A stretch of 64,000 nucleotides of DNA from Chrysomallon squamiferum. Lineage: Eukaryota; Animalia; Mollusca. The stretch is taken from contig CM022670.1 of assembly GCA_012295275.1 (NCBI GenBank), positions 25,792,001 to 25,856,000 of the forward strand. The letters run 5' to 3'. The notes under the pieces were generated by a model, which was not told the DNA's origin, made no database searches, and saw only the letters and a program-made list of their open reading frames with translations. The translations under genes and the position numbers were made by a program. Below, in pieces: positions 1 through 14,232 of the stretch (positions are counted from its first letter, which is position 1; each line of letters begins with the position of its first letter).

Positions 1-3000
1 ATAGATACATACGCAGACAGCATACATAGAGAATATCAAAAACAACGTACATCCATCCATACAAGCATTCAGATGGACATATACAAACTCCCAAAAATAT
101 ACATATAGAAATTCACAAAAGCACACACAAGTACATACATACAAACATGCATACATACATACATACACACATACTACATATATATACATACATGCATGCA
201 TGCACGCACACACTCTCACACTCACACACATACATACATTCATATACATAGAGTTATACATACACGCATACATACATACATAACCAGCAGTAAAAAAAAC
301 CCCAGGATGTTGCTCTCTAATATCAGCCGTCTGTAACCGCACGTGATTTATGTCTGTCAAAAACCACTGCACGCTTAAATTACTTCATCCGCTGCGCTTC
401 GCAGACTGTATTGACATTCGGATCGAACTTTTGTTCAGATGGATTTTGTTTGCAGTTTTAAACCAGTTTTAAGTGTGGATCATAACTGCCATATGCACTG
501 GATTTATTTCTGTCTCGTTAACAGACTGCGTGATGTAACAGACGAGATATCGAATGAGGTCTGTCGAAGAGGATTCGCATGTTGTTAACGGCACCTGTGA
601 GTGAAACGACAGAAAACCTCCTAATCTGATCTTCTTTAGTTAGCACACTTGTTTAAAACCAGACTGCTTAGAAGATGACAGCAGTTTCTGAAGCAGGCGT
701 TTTGACGACTAAAGAAAAACAAAATGAAATTCAGGAGTAATATGTGTAAAAATCCACTTTATATTTTATTTTATTTTGATGACTGATATCTTTTTATTTT
801 TTTATTGTTTTGGTTGTTATTGTTGTTGTTGTTATTCTGTTGTTTTGTTTGTTGTTCTTTTTTGTTTGTTGTATTGGTTTTATTGGTGTTTTTTTTTTTT
901 TTTTTTTAATTCCTATATCCGTTCTTGCTAGTCAAAACTGATAAAAAGAACAACACTAATGTTCAAACCATATATAACAACAAAAACAATATCAACAACG
1001 TTTTGATTAATATTTAGAAATATTGATAGAAAGACAGACGGACAAACAGGTCTAGAAATAAACACAGACAGACATTCTAATGAAACTTCTCTGTTCAAAC
1101 ATGATGAATGATCAAATCAATTACAAACATAACAATAGACGAATGATTTAGTGCAGCAAGTTCAAGATAATGCAATGGTAATTATATGCATAACACGTCC
1201 CTATTTGCTCGTGTCTAATACGGAAAGTGTCACAAAACCATTAAATTTCCTTTCTGCCTTTTAAATCTACATTCGTGAAAATTAACTAAAAAGAAAAAGA
1301 AAAAAAAAATCACAACAACATCAATACAGCAAAAACTAAGAGCAAACAAAACTCACACAAAGAAAAGACAGATAGTTAATGTAATTCAGTTTGTTTTTAA
1401 TATCTAACATAGTATAATGAATTACTCAGATAACTGTTTTATCGCAATGCATTTTTCTTTTCACTAACAGGCTATTATTATTATTATTATTACTGTTAGT
1501 GTTTTTGTGGATGATGTTATATTACTTTTATCATCATATCATTTTTAATATTATTAAATTGTTATTGTTATTTTTATTATTAACAGCAGTAGCAGTGGCA
1601 GAAGTAGTGGTAGTAGTGGTAACAATCACAACAATAGCAACAATAGTGGAGTAATAGCAGTATAATAGTAATATGTTTATGTATATATATATATATATAT
1701 ATATTGTTTTAATACTGTACATATATATATATATGTATGTATGTAAGTATGTATGTATGTATGTATGTATGTATGTATGTATGTATGTATGTATGTTGGT
1801 CAATATTTTAAAAATTTGGTGAAAATTCTGTGCCGTTTTTCTTACTGATACTGTATTCATCCATCCATCCACCTATTAATTCATTTTTTCATTTATTTAT
1901 CGATTCATTCATCTATCCATTTTTTTTTTTTAAGTTCTTTCATTCACTTATTCACTGGTGTGTCGGCTATGGAACTGTTAAGCTTGATCGTAACCTTATA
2001 ATGGCTCCATCTTCAAATGAAATATCTAATTCGTGTGTTTGGGACATAATATCCAGTTAGTATATAACGAGGGCATGAGATTCTTTATTTCGTTTCTTAT
2101 ACCGGCATTCACATTAAAATGAACAGACAGCGCCAGGGAATCGTTTGGTTGGGATGGATGTCACTTCATTCTTTTAAGACAGTGATTTATAATCATGCGA
2201 AGCAGTACGAATCAACCAGTTCAATGTCGACAGTTAATTTCGTTCTGAAAGTCTAAACGTAATGTGGAATACGTTATTTCATTTGTTCTCTTCTTTTTTA
2301 TGTTTGTAATTTAATTTATTATTATTATGATCATTATTATTCTCTCCTCTTTTTTTGATCCAGTCTGATTTTTTTTCTCTCTCTCTCGATTTTTTAAAAA
2401 TAATACAGCAGCTTTGCGAAGCGAAGATAAAATAAAAATTTATTGCCACCAATTATGTAGAAATATTTTACGTTAGTAACACTTTTTTGCGAAGAAAATA
2501 GTTTAAAATTGATTTCAACAGATTTTTTCTTTCTCTCTTTTTTTTTTTTTTTTTTTTTATCTTAGTTATTTTTTTTTTTTTTTTGCTCCTTTTACTTTTC
2601 TTTCTTTTTTACTTTTTCTTTTTATTTTATTTACGGATTATATGGATTATTATTTTTTTTTTTTTCCTTTAATATATTTCACAGCTAAAAGATAATGAAG
2701 TTAATTCTGTGTGTGTGGATGTGTGTGGGTGTGTGCGTGAGATTCTTTATTGTTGTTGTTTTGTTTTAATGTGTTCTGTTAAAAAAATATTTGATAAAGT
2801 TGATGTAAATGTGGTTTAGTGCCTAATTCGATACTCATTAGACTAATATTAACTCAATTACAATACTGGAAAACTGAGAGCTAATGTGATATAAAACATA
2901 GTGTTAATGTTTATTACATTATCAGCTCGCACATTAAAGATATACTTAGAACATAGAATGATATTTATAGTTTAAATACACAAAGATTTACAGTAAACTT

Positions 3001-3141
3001 GATTGTGAAATCTTTCTCAGCATAAAGAATTATTTTTGTTATCAGCCATGACAAGTAATCATATTTGAAGTTAAACAAAATATTTTTTTCCAAATTTGCT
3101 TGTGACATAGAGTCACTGTTTCTTTCTCTCCCTCACATCCA

Positions 3142-3173
<32 letters not shown>

Positions 3174-3213
3174 TTCGCTCACGTTATTCTATGTCTCACT
3201 TCTTTTGTTGTTG

Positions 3214-3250
<37 letters not shown>

Positions 3251-4419
3251 CTTTTGAATATAAAAATGATTTTTTCATTAACCAAAAAAAAATAACTTCT
3301 CTAAAGGTCTGCTATTACCAAATCTATTTAAAAGAGATCTGAGTTTAATGTACAGTGATAATACGTTTTTTGCTTATAATTTTTGCTGTATTATTTATTG
3401 TGTTTTGCTGATTGGCAATTGCTTTTTCCAGTCTGCTAACCTAAGATTAGGTGCAAGGTATTTGAAACGGCTAATGCACAGTATATTATTATATTAAACA
3501 TTTCAAAGACACGTTTTTCGTCTTTGTATAGATTCGCCATGGTTCCCATCATTTAGCAAGCGAAGATTTCGGTTTTAGCCATTTAATGGGTAGAATTGTA
3601 AGTAAAATGATTTTCAGTGCACTTCCATCATAAAGATTGGTTTATTGTTCGCATCAAGTTCTTGGAAATATTGCTGATATTCTTTGTTATATTCTTAATG
3701 GTTTGTTACGAACTATCAACGAATTTCGTTTTGAATGTTGTAAAATACTGTATTATTGATCGATGCGCGCAGTCTTCTACAAAACCTTAATTTATTTTCA
3801 ATACATTTGGTATGTACATTTACGAAGTTAATTTATTGCATCAAGTTTCGAAATTTGTGAATTACGTGAAAATCTCAAAGGTTTAAAAGGTAAATTATTC
3901 TGTATTTGTTCTGTTAGCTTATAAAGCCTTGTTGTGATTTTTTCAGTGGTGGTGATGGTGATGGTGTTAATAATAATGTGAGTATGGCGATAATGAACGT
4001 GCTGGTAATGACGACGATGGTGACGATGATGATGATAATGATAATAATGATGATGATTATTATTAGTAGTAGTAGTATTGCTGTTGTTGTTGGTTTTATT
4101 ATTGTTGTTGTTGTTGTCCTATCTATCTGAACAGTAAATACTGGTTTACCAGTTTCTCTGGGATCAAATTCACACCAGCTTTGCCGAAAAATAATTTTTA
4201 CTTTTTGAAATAATTTTTTTCTTGCTTGAAATTTTGAACCATCTGGAAAGTTCGCTCTGCGGCGTAAATTGCAGGTTTAATTTCTACCTCACGCCTTGGA
4301 TTTCCGCTGTTTCTGCGTGGTTTGTGTTGTTGTTGTCTCTGTTTGAGGTGTTCATATGTTTGCTTTTTATAGAAAACAGACCGACATTCTAACAATGTCT
4401 TTATCAGCTTTCATTAAGA

Positions 4420-4860
4420 TGGCGTCAAAACATCATCAAATTGGCTAACGAGAACCCGTGCAAAATAACAATATCTCATTCGATAGACTTAATCAAGTCA
4501 ACGTCAGAAGAATAAGGTAATAATCAGTTTCCCTGATGTCGCTAACAAACTAATATTCTTTTTTCTTTGACTATGTCTATTTACGTCAGGATAACGTATT
4601 TTCTTAAAGAAAGAAAAAAAAAAAAGTTCACTGTTCATCACTTCCTGCACGGGCAGACGGTCGATCGCCGGTTTGAACTGGTTTATGAGGACTTTTCCCT
4701 GAAACTAAAATAATGTCGTCTGCTGATTTATGTTTTCACTGACCATTATGCTTGGATAAAATAACAGGACAAGAAAAAAAGAAAAGAAAAAGAGATTTAC
4801 AGACTTGTCACGAACTCAAGGTAACATTTATTTGTTTTTATTTTAAATCACGTGACGTCA
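4420..4860 (+). promoter_or_regulatory. Probable promoter and non-coding first exon of the TMEM272-like gene
   Basis: CpG-containing island with an ETS-like CACTTCCTG (~4639), AACTGGTT (4676), a donor-like CAAG|gtaaca at 4820/4821 and an overlapping TCACGTGACGTCA (4848-4860). The exon starting at 6072 needs an upstream donor. Confidence 0.4.
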
Positions 4861-5336
4861 CTCCAATTCTCTAGAGATGAAGGACTAATTTGTATTGACC
4901 AGTCATGCGCAACTTATTAGCCTCTGCACACATGGGTCTTGCAAAATGTGAACCGTTCTATCATTCGTCATTTATTAATTTCTCGAAATATGTTGTGAAG
5001 GTCTGACGATAAGAATTTGTGTCATTGTAAGTATATAAAGTAATCATAGTAAGAAAATAGAATTGTTTGACGTAATAGAAATAGTAGTTGTTGTGTTGAT
5101 GATAATTATTAGTAGCTATACTGTTAATATTAAAATTTCTTTCTTCGATAACTTCTTTAGATATAAGAATTCCATCCAGTAATTGTATATAGCAATAACA
5201 GCAGTAATAGTAATGGTGGTGGTAATAGTAGTAGTATAATTTCGGTATGTAACGTAATAAAACGCAGGGATCATTTAAAAAAAAATTCAAAAAAAAATCT
5301 CAAGGATATTACCTGAAATGATTTATGATTCCTGAG

Positions 5337-5392
<56 letters not shown>

Positions 5393-6128
5393 TATAATAA
5401 TAATAATAAAAGTTTGTAGTGTTACTATTATCTTCATTTGGTACATTTTCAGAAAACTTATTTCAAATTCAGTTTTGTTCGAGTTACCGTAAACATTCGT
5501 TATTAATCAAATGTTTTAGGAAAGAAACAAAATTAACAAAATATATTCAAAATGAATTTAATGCTATTAAACAATCATAAATTTTCATTACAAAATGTTT
5601 TCTTCAGAGAATAAAATATATTGTCAAAGAGCAAGGAACTTTAAAAATTACATGTAAATTAATTAAATCTAAAACTACAGGGACTTCTCGACTTCTCAGC
5701 TTACTGTAGTCCTTACGTTTTTAAACAATTCACAAATTATCCCGAGTTGTTAGAGAATGTATTTTAACAAATAATCTCTTACGGGGTTTCTGCAAAAATA
5801 ATTCTGTTTATTTCAGTTTCTGAAGCGTATTTTGTATCAGCCATGGGATCGCAGACAAAAATGAATCCATGTAAATCCTCTGACACGGTTAAAACATGGC
5901 ATTTACCTGTGTGTGTAATAATTATTGTTAATAACGACTTTGTCGGGATAAGAGACAAAAGCATATTTTATTTCAAAACAAATAGTATCTCTATGGACTT
6001 AAAAATTTTGTCCTGAATGTTTTGGATGTATTACAGTTCCATGTATAATCATACTTTTATATTTATTTCAGGAATGTGATGTCTTAATATATTGAGAAAC
6101 GTCGATGTAACATCCTGACTGCGACACG

Positions 6129-6341
6129 ATGTCTATGTTAACCAGGAAGGGTACGCTGGTAAGGAAGTCACGTGGCTCTGGCCGGAAGTCGTCTGTGGGA
6201 AGAACACGATCGACTGGTTCAACGTGCAGTAATAGCACGACTCGCGGAACAATAGACAGTGACGATTATTCCGTTCCGCCGTCGCCTATAACAAAGTTTG
6301 ACCCTCATTCGGCTTCGTCACCTGCAAGAAACACAGTTGTG
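6129..6341 (+). CDS. TMEM272: TMEM272-like coding exon 1 (basic/Ser-rich N-terminus)
   Basis: Acceptor ttatttcag| at 6071, ATG at 6129, donor GTG|gtatgt at 6341/6342, phase 0. Encodes MSMLTRKG...SPARNTVV. Confidence 0.75.
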
Positions 6342-6469
6342 GTATGTTTCCATAAATCAAATCAAAAAAAAAAAAAAAAAATTTTTTGCTTAGACGTTGT
6401 TTTCTGTCCGATGTATTTAACTCCCTTATATTTTAAAGGAAAATTTAAAATACCAGTGATATGTGTCTT

Positions 6470-6541
<72 letters not shown>

Positions 6542-8156
6542 TCTCTATATCGATCTCTCTCACGCTTTACCTCATGTTCTCTGTATTCTATTAGTTTCAG
6601 TCACTGGCTCTCCTCAATGCTCTGTCTATATTTTTTTTCCCTTCCTGGTAGTTCACAGCAATATCATGAAAAAAAACTCAAAAGAAAATTTATATTTATT
6701 ATCCTAATATATTTTTACAGTGAAATAATGACATATATGATGTCTTGATTGTTGTTTTTACCTTGAATGCTCTCGGCTGAATATTGATTTTAATTGTCAA
6801 TCAAAGTGATGTATTAACTAGGTGCCAGTCGCTTTGAGCAGAAGACAATCCTTCAGATATCTTTTGTTATCTGTTGTTATGGTTACAAAGCTATGTATTT
6901 TTATCTTTGAGTATTTCTCAGAAAATACAGTCATTATCTATCTATTGAAGCATCGGCGTGAACGATTTGTGTGCGTATGTGTTCGTTTTGTTTTCCTGGG
7001 GCTCTGAGGGGAGGGGCTATTGTCTTCTTTTTTTTCTTTATTTTATCTCTTTTTGTTTTACTTTTAGTTAAAGTGTAAAGTATTCAGCACTCCTTTATCG
7101 TAGTAATGTTGTTGTCTTTTTTAAAAGTATTCTTCTCCGCAGGAGGTTTGGAAGGTTTAGATTAGTCATTGTTATTAGACACTGATGAACTCTTGTAGTA
7201 TTTGAGATTGCTGTGCGCATTCTCTACGAATTAAACAAGGGGCGATTGAATTGCAGTTGCTAAGGTTACACATTACACATAAAAACGGAAAATAGTGATT
7301 TAAATTGTTTTCAGATTTCAGTTATTATAACTGCCATTGCAAATAAATAAATAAATAAAAGGAAAGAAAATATTTCGAAACTATTTTTGGGTGTCAGGAC
7401 AACATAATTACAAAATTTGATACGTGCAAACTGCTGGTAGTTGTAACACTAAATGTTTTTCATTTTTGAAATTGTCTTGATGTAATCTTTTTGCCACAGT
7501 TATATTGGATAACAAAATGATTTTAATCAGTTATATTTGTAGACTACAGTTATCCCATGACATCTCAGATTTCGCTGTGGAAATAAGGAGTAGAAAATAT
7601 TGAAGTAATTAAATCTGAATGATAGAGTTCAACTTGTCACTAAATACAGTAACTCATAAGCCATGTTTGTGAACATACTAGATTATACATTTCCTAATGA
7701 ATAATTTCTATGAGATACATATATGTGTGTGTTTGTGTTTGTGTGTGTGTGTGTGTGTGTTTGTTCAGGAGGATCATTAGTTGGTGAATTATATTTCAGT
7801 AGCTCATTCAAATAACATTGAAAATAAATATGTAATTATCAAATCCAGAATTGCATTTCTAAATTCCTACACATTAAAAACAGCGTAACTTATCTGTTTA
7901 TTTATTTATTTTCCAGTCTTACAGCAATGATCGGCAGATCTTCCAGACAAATCTGGAGTGGGAAGCTGCGATAGCCACGTCACACCAGTCTACGCCCGAC
8001 ATGTTCTTACAGCTGCAGGAAGCTAACAAAGACGCCGACAACGCATGCGAGTTCGCGTGTCGAGGACAGCGGATACTCTGCAAAAGTTGTATGTAGCAAT
8101 TTAGTCGTGTTTTCACTTTAAACAGATATTATAGGTACGTGTATTTATGTGTGTAT

Positions 8157-8199
<43 letters not shown>

Positions 8200-9476
8200 A
8201 ATCCATTTTGAAATAATTTTCATTGCACAACAGTAATGATCATGTTCGATATGTTACAACTGTTCATGAATAATTATGTATTGATGACAGTAAGCTTCAC
8301 TAAATTAACACCTTTCATTTTCTCTTTTTTTTCTGCTCTTCAACAGCTTTTATGACTGGGTGCCTCGTTCTGTCAATAATCCTTCCCATCATTATGATAT
8401 CGATGGGTAAGTGCTTCAGTAAGTTAATATTGGTTTTTAACGAAAGATCAGATTCTATGCAATAACTTTTCGTTCCTAATGTGACGATTCTATGAGAAAC
8501 ATTTCGTATTCAAAATAGCTCAGAATAGTTTAAACAGCTCTTTGGAATTCAGTGACAGTTTTTCTGTGTTGATATTTCAAAGTGACCGTGTTTGGGGGTT
8601 TTTTGTGTTTTTTTCAAACTGTTGAAAAAGTAATCGTTAACCTCTGTCTACGCGGAAGTTACTGCTGTTTAAATAAATATTGTGCTTCAGAATAAAAAAT
8701 TACAAAGTGAAAATGCCTTAATAAACTCTGCTAGTAAACAGAAGCTTTAAGCGAAATACAAATTTATGATACTGTTTTCCTGGTAACAGAAATGCACTAT
8801 TTCCTTTACTGTTATTGAATTTCAGTTTGAAAGTATTGATTCGTTTGGGGTTTTGATTTTTTGTATTTCTGAAGTAGGACAGCTTATTATAACGTGTGGT
8901 ATCTGCAGATTGGTCTCTTTTCTACGTTATTTTTAAGTCAATTTCATTTTGTTTCATCTTGTGTTATTACTGGTGATACTCAATTGCTACGATTCGAAAT
9001 CTCTAATTATTATATTTTATCGTTATCTTCTAGGTGTAAAATATCTCAACGAATGTCCTGCTCAGCCCAAGGTGCCTATTTATCTCCTTGTTGCGGGTTG
9101 TTTTGGTATGGTCAAACTCACTGTCGACCTCTGGAAGGTCATACAAGACAAGAAAGATGAAAATGCCGATACATTTTATGATGTCAACGACAATGCTGCT
9201 TTGACGTCGAGAACGTACAAGGTGATGAACTTTATGTTGACCTCGTTCCTGCTCGTGTGGCATTGTCTGGGCACATACTGGGTGTTCAAAGTCTGGGAAC
9301 CAAGGTTCACGCAGTTGCTTCACCAGCCGAGCAACTGGTGTGACAAGACAGTCTACATGTTTGCCGTTTGTCAGATTCTCGGGCTGTACATGTTCGTGTG
9401 CCTTTTCTTGTTGGTTGTGTGTTGTGTGACCGTCATGTACCGATCATCGTGTGTAGGCACACCGGATATTGTTTAA
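6129..9476 (+). CDS. TMEM272: TMEM272-like multi-pass membrane protein, whole gene (295 aa): join(6129..6341,7917..8088,8347..8406,9034..9476)
   Basis: Four exons with canonical splice sites and phases 0,1,1 give 888 nt of open frame. The motif 'LPIIMISMGVKYLNECPAQPKVPIYLLVAGCFG...FLLVWHCLGTYWVF...WCDKTVYMFA' matches my recollection of the TMEM272 family (Cys-Pro loop after TM1, four hydrophobic helices). Confidence 0.85.
7917..8088 (+). CDS. TMEM272: TMEM272-like coding exon 2
   Basis: tttccag|TCT...AGT T|gtatgt. Encodes SYSNDRQIFQTNLEWEAAIA...ACRGQRILCKS. Not in the ORF track. Confidence 0.8.
8347..8406 (+). CDS. TMEM272: TMEM272-like coding exon 3 (TM1)
   Basis: cttcaacag|...ATG G|gtaagt, 60 nt, phase 1-1. 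Encodes FMTGCLVLSIILPIIMISM. Confidence 0.85.
9034..9476 (+). CDS. TMEM272: TMEM272-like terminal coding exon (TM2-TM4)
   Basis: tcttctag| acceptor at 9033. Encodes GVKYLNECPAQPKVPIYLL...VGTPDIV* (part of ORF 8949..9476). Confidence 0.9.
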
Positions 9477-9768
9477 ACATTCGACAATACATCACATACT
9501 GTGTTCAGTTTGCTCTAGAAGAGTTCGTACTGCCTTTGATAACAGAACTTTTGACATATTCATTTTTTTTTTTTAGAAGTTATAATCACGCGCGCTCTCA
9601 AATCCACACACTTGGCACAATATGAAGTTTAATGGAATATTTTATATTTAATTAACATTAGTGAAGAACTTTTAAAATATAGGTTGTGATGTAAAGCAAC
9701 TTCATTTAATGTGTACCATGTTTCTGTTTTCAAATTAGATTACTAAATGTAATTCATAAAGGCGCCAT

Positions 9769-9884
<116 letters not shown>

Positions 9885-10289
9885 TGTATTTAATGATCAT
9901 CTATTTAAATTTTATTTTATTCAACTTTTTATTGGTATCATGTCCTGTGTTTCTTTCATTCATTGTCGCATTATTCTTTCTTTTACTTTTTGTTGTTTTT
10001 CATGTACAGTATTTGCATTTACATCACACATCATAGTCCAGAAATCGTTTAATATTTTATCTTAATGGTTGTTATTTTGTATCTGTGTATAATGTACGCA
10101 GCAAGTAAAAATACAATAACTTTTACTTTAGTATTTTTTGTATGTATTAAATTGTTATACGTTCACACATTTTCTTTTTTATGTGTTTAAAACTAGTCTG
10201 AATAATTTTGCTTTCGTTTGCTTTTAGTTTTTGTTTTTAGTTTTTATATATATATTTTTTTTGCTTTTGTTTACGTTATAAACGACAAA

Positions 10290-10660
10290 AGAAGAAAAAG
10301 AATGCATTATTTAACGACATAGTCAACGCATTTTTAATCTCCATTTATAAGGCATTAATACGTATTTAGTTAAGGACCAAAGAGTCCATTAAGCGCAGTA
10401 AATAAATGTTAAACGAAAGCTTGAAACACTTTAGTCTAAACTGTTGTTGGGCATTAAGCATTTAGAAAATAATTAGCAATTCAGTGTCAAAGGAAGAAGC
10501 ACTGGATAACAAATCCCTTCGTTTCATGGAAGCATATCGGGAAGCGCATCGGGAAGCACATCGGGAAGCACATACTGAGTGGACAGGGATGTAGCCCAAT
10601 CAGTTTATCGCGAAGCGTTGATCTTGTGACCCAGCATGCAACAGTCCAGTTAGAGTCCGC
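10290..10660. repeat. Possible decayed tRNA-derived SINE fragments
   Basis: tatttaacgacatagtcaacgcatttt...gttaaggacca and gggatgtagccca resemble gastropod SINE motifs as I remember them; not verifiable here. Confidence 0.3.
10529..10572. repeat. 12-bp tandem repeat (GGAAGCRYATCG) x ~3.7
   Basis: ggaagcatatcg ggaagcgcatcg ggaagcacatcg ggaagcac. Confidence 0.85.
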
Positions 10661-11000
10661 TTCTATTGATTCATAGTTTTTTTTTTTTGTTCTCTTTTTC
10701 CATAGGGTTTGCTTTATTCTTTTTAGTAGAAAGAATGAATATATTTTAATTAGAGTTTTTATTTTAAAATGAAATTAATGTATTAATTTAGAGATTTCTG
10801 CTTCTGATAATTTTATCCGCCGCTCTCGTTTTCTTTTTTCTTTTACTTTACTTTCACTATATAGACTAGTTATTATTGCCTTTTTGATTCTTAATTTTAT
10901 TTAATTTTTTACAGAATACTTTTACCTATGCATTTGATTTGTATTTAATTTTTTACTGTTATAGATTTCATTTCATTTTATTTTGTTTTATCATCATCAC

Positions 11001-11036
<36 letters not shown>

Positions 11037-12399
11037 TACTACTACTAATTCTACTACAACTACTACTCCTACTGCTACTACTATCACTATTATTATTACC
11101 ATTATTTCAAAGGGACAAAAGATACCTGTCAGAAACTAAATTTAAATATTCCTCTTTGAAGCAGTCTGTCTTATAACTAAATTCGTAATACTACATCATT
11201 TCTGTGAAGTGATCTTACAAGACACTTTCATTTACCACGAAGGACAAAATTAGTCTTGATAACCCTTCTTGAGACACACTTTCTTCTTACCATTTCCACC
11301 ACACTGTTCACTGTGAAGAGTCCACCTATACAGAAAATATCTTTCACTGAACAATATTCGGCTGAGCATCTTGATTATGTGAAGACTTCCTAACACATAC
11401 GTCAGATAATTGATAGTCGGAGTAGTGACGCCATACGGTCTCGAATTTCCTAACAAGAAAATATGAGTAATAAATCTGAGAAAGGAAAAAAAAAAAATAT
11501 GTTGTCTGCAGTCATTAGTAAGAGATGACAGGTTAATGATAATTTCTACTGTGATACCTCCCTAGAGGCATCACCAGAAAGAAAGCAACAAAATGGATTA
11601 ATAACTAATTTTCATACGACAGAACAGGTATTGATTTTTTTTTCATCACCATCGAACCTCAGTGACAAGGACACTAGCACTCAAGATTACTATCATTATA
11701 CTGATAACAAGAACAGTAGAAATAGCAGTAATACTAGTGGTAGCACTAGCAACAGCAGGCAGTAATACTGGTGGTGGTGAAAGTGGTGATGCTGTTAATA
11801 TTGGTGATGGTGACAGCACAGCAGCAGCTGCAGATACTAATGTAAAATTCCAAAACAACTTTTCCAAATAGTTATTGACTGCGATTTAGTCTTTAAAAAA
11901 AAGGGGAGGTGATACGTTTATTTTCATTATTTGTACAGCAGTTACCGCCCTTCCATATATATTAAGCATGAAGAAGTTGCAGCATTCAAATCGTCAGTAT
12001 GTTAGCTAAGTTAAACAGTAATGAGAAAATGTACTGACTGGTATCTCAGGTTCGTCTCTTACCTAAATCTAGTCAATGTAATCTTCGTAAAGTCCAGAAC
12101 ACTACCCGGCAGCCAGCTCCCTCTCTTCGTTTCAGATATCTATGCTGATGTAGGTACGTTCCATTTTTTTAATATTGGGAATCCGTATATGCGTAGGAAC
12201 GTACACAGATGTGAGTTTCTAATAAATGTTAGCACAGTAACTCCAATCATCCAGTTCAGTTTATTAAATTCAGCACGGCTCGGAAAGACAACAGAAAATA
12301 ATGACAAAGATATTCCTGACGATAAAAATACAAGATCTTTTCAAAATATACTATAAAATGAAATTCATTATTATCTTTTGTGTAATGTGTATGTTTGTG

Positions 12400-12480
12400 T
12401 GTGAGTATGAGTGTGAGTATGAGAGTAGGTGTGAGTATGAGTGTGAGTATGAGTGTGAGTATGAGTGTAGGTGTGAGTCT
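12400..12480. repeat. (GAGTGT/GAGTAT)n hexamer-type microsatellite
   Basis: Directly visible; it produces the CEYECEYE / HSYSHSYS pseudo-ORFs. Confidence 0.9.
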
Positions 12481-14158
12481 ACGTGTCCTTGTTCGAGTGA
12501 GCGAGAAACAAAGCCACGGAGAAAGAACAAGAGAGATAAACAACATTTTCTATCACAAAGACAAATAAACAATGAAAATAAAAACAGTGATGATTGTAAT
12601 GATGGTTGTAGTGTTGTTACTAGCGGCGATGATGGTGAAGATGATGAAGATTTTGATGATCATCACGATGATGATGGTGTTAATAATAGCTGGTTGTGAT
12701 TAAAATGATGATTTTGATGACAGCGGTGGTGACTGTGTTGATTATCATGGCGGTGGTTGTGATTATGATGGTGGTAGTGATGACGACAATGATAATGGTG
12801 ATGCTGACGATGATAATGTGACGATGATGGTTATCTGCAGGTGGCTGAAAAACTGTTGTGGTGACAGTTGTTTTTATATGCCTTTCAGTATTTTCACAGA
12901 AATTCGAGCCATACCCGATACTATTCCCAGCACAGCGATATTACAACAGACGTGTTAATTTAGCCTGTACATAATCTGGGCTTTGTTCTGTTAGTGTATC
13001 ACTGACAAAATAAAATGATATCACTTTATAAACATGATGATAAAAATGTAACTTTTTGTTACTCTTATTTCAAGGTTTATTGTAATGAGCATATATTTTA
13101 TTGCAGTTTTGTGAAAGAGTTTTTGAAAGCAATTTATTAATTCACAGGATGTCATTTTGTATGTAGATACACACTTATCAGATGTTTCTGTGTCAGCAAG
13201 ATGGAAAAAAATAGTTGCCGTAAATCCTTCTCTATACACTGTTTAGTAATAATTATATCTTTCTATATTACAACTGAAAAATCTCTTTGTTTTCATTTAA
13301 TTTTAATTTTATATTTGTTGTATTGTACTGAGAACGATGTAACATTCAAAAACTGTTAAATAAAACTATGATGTATTTGTATTCTAACATAAATACATGT
13401 AAACAATCAAATTTTAAAAAAAAAAAGTAAAAATTAGATATTAAAAAAACTAAAATTGACTTCTACCAAAAAGGTAAAAATATATAATTACAAAAAAGTT
13501 AATAATAATAATAAAACCAACAAAAGAACCAATGTTGAAAAACAAAGAATTAAATTTTTTAAAACGGGCTTATATTTGCTTATATACGGTAAATTCTTTT
13601 TTCTTTTCGAAATTTAAATTTGCCACGTTGTCTGCACAAATGTAATTGCAAGATGAAACTGATAGCAGGTGTCTCATTTCAATCCAGCGATACGAAACTG
13701 ATTTACTACACTTACCGCTACTTCTCCTTAATCACACACATCATAAAACATTCACTGGCAAAATCTGCAAGCCACATACATCAAACTTTTATAACTTTAC
13801 ATTAACACGCGTGCACATTAGAGGCATTTTTTTCGTTTGACTTGCGGCTTTAAAAAGTGTTTTATGGCAGAAAAAAAATCCAGGGATTTAATTTTCGAAA
13901 AAAAATAAATAAAGACAGAAAGATAGAAAAGAAAAGGAAAAAGACGTTCATCAAGTTAAGCATTAAATTGATGTCTGGGGACGATGTGTAAGGTAACCGA
14001 ATCGTTGAAAAAGCTCCAGTATAAAGAAACAAGCGGCTGCAAAAATTCTTCAAATACTTTATTAGTTTAAACTTCGTATGTGCCACGACTTACAGTCTGT
14101 AACTGAAGTATTGTTGTGAAAAGTTAATGGCGTAATTCAAAAAGCGTGCTACAAGGTC

Positions 14159-14232
<74 letters not shown>

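Noticed and set aside
6342-6748. 3' extension of ORF 6129..6707 and ORF 6461..6748
   Set aside because: Read-through into the intron past a good donor; contains poly-K and (CT)n-derived SL repeats.
12136-12153. Plus-strand 18-nt micro-exon-like pattern (tttcag|atatctatgctgatgtag|gtacgt)
   Set aside because: No host gene on that strand downstream of the TMEM272 stop; such patterns arise by chance.
12301-12699. 132-aa ORF with an apparent signal peptide, CEYE repeats and an acidic tail (toxin- or biomineral-like)
   Set aside because: The Cys repeats come from a hexamer microsatellite and the acidic tail from (GAT)n. Antisense frames are equally open and there is no splice support.
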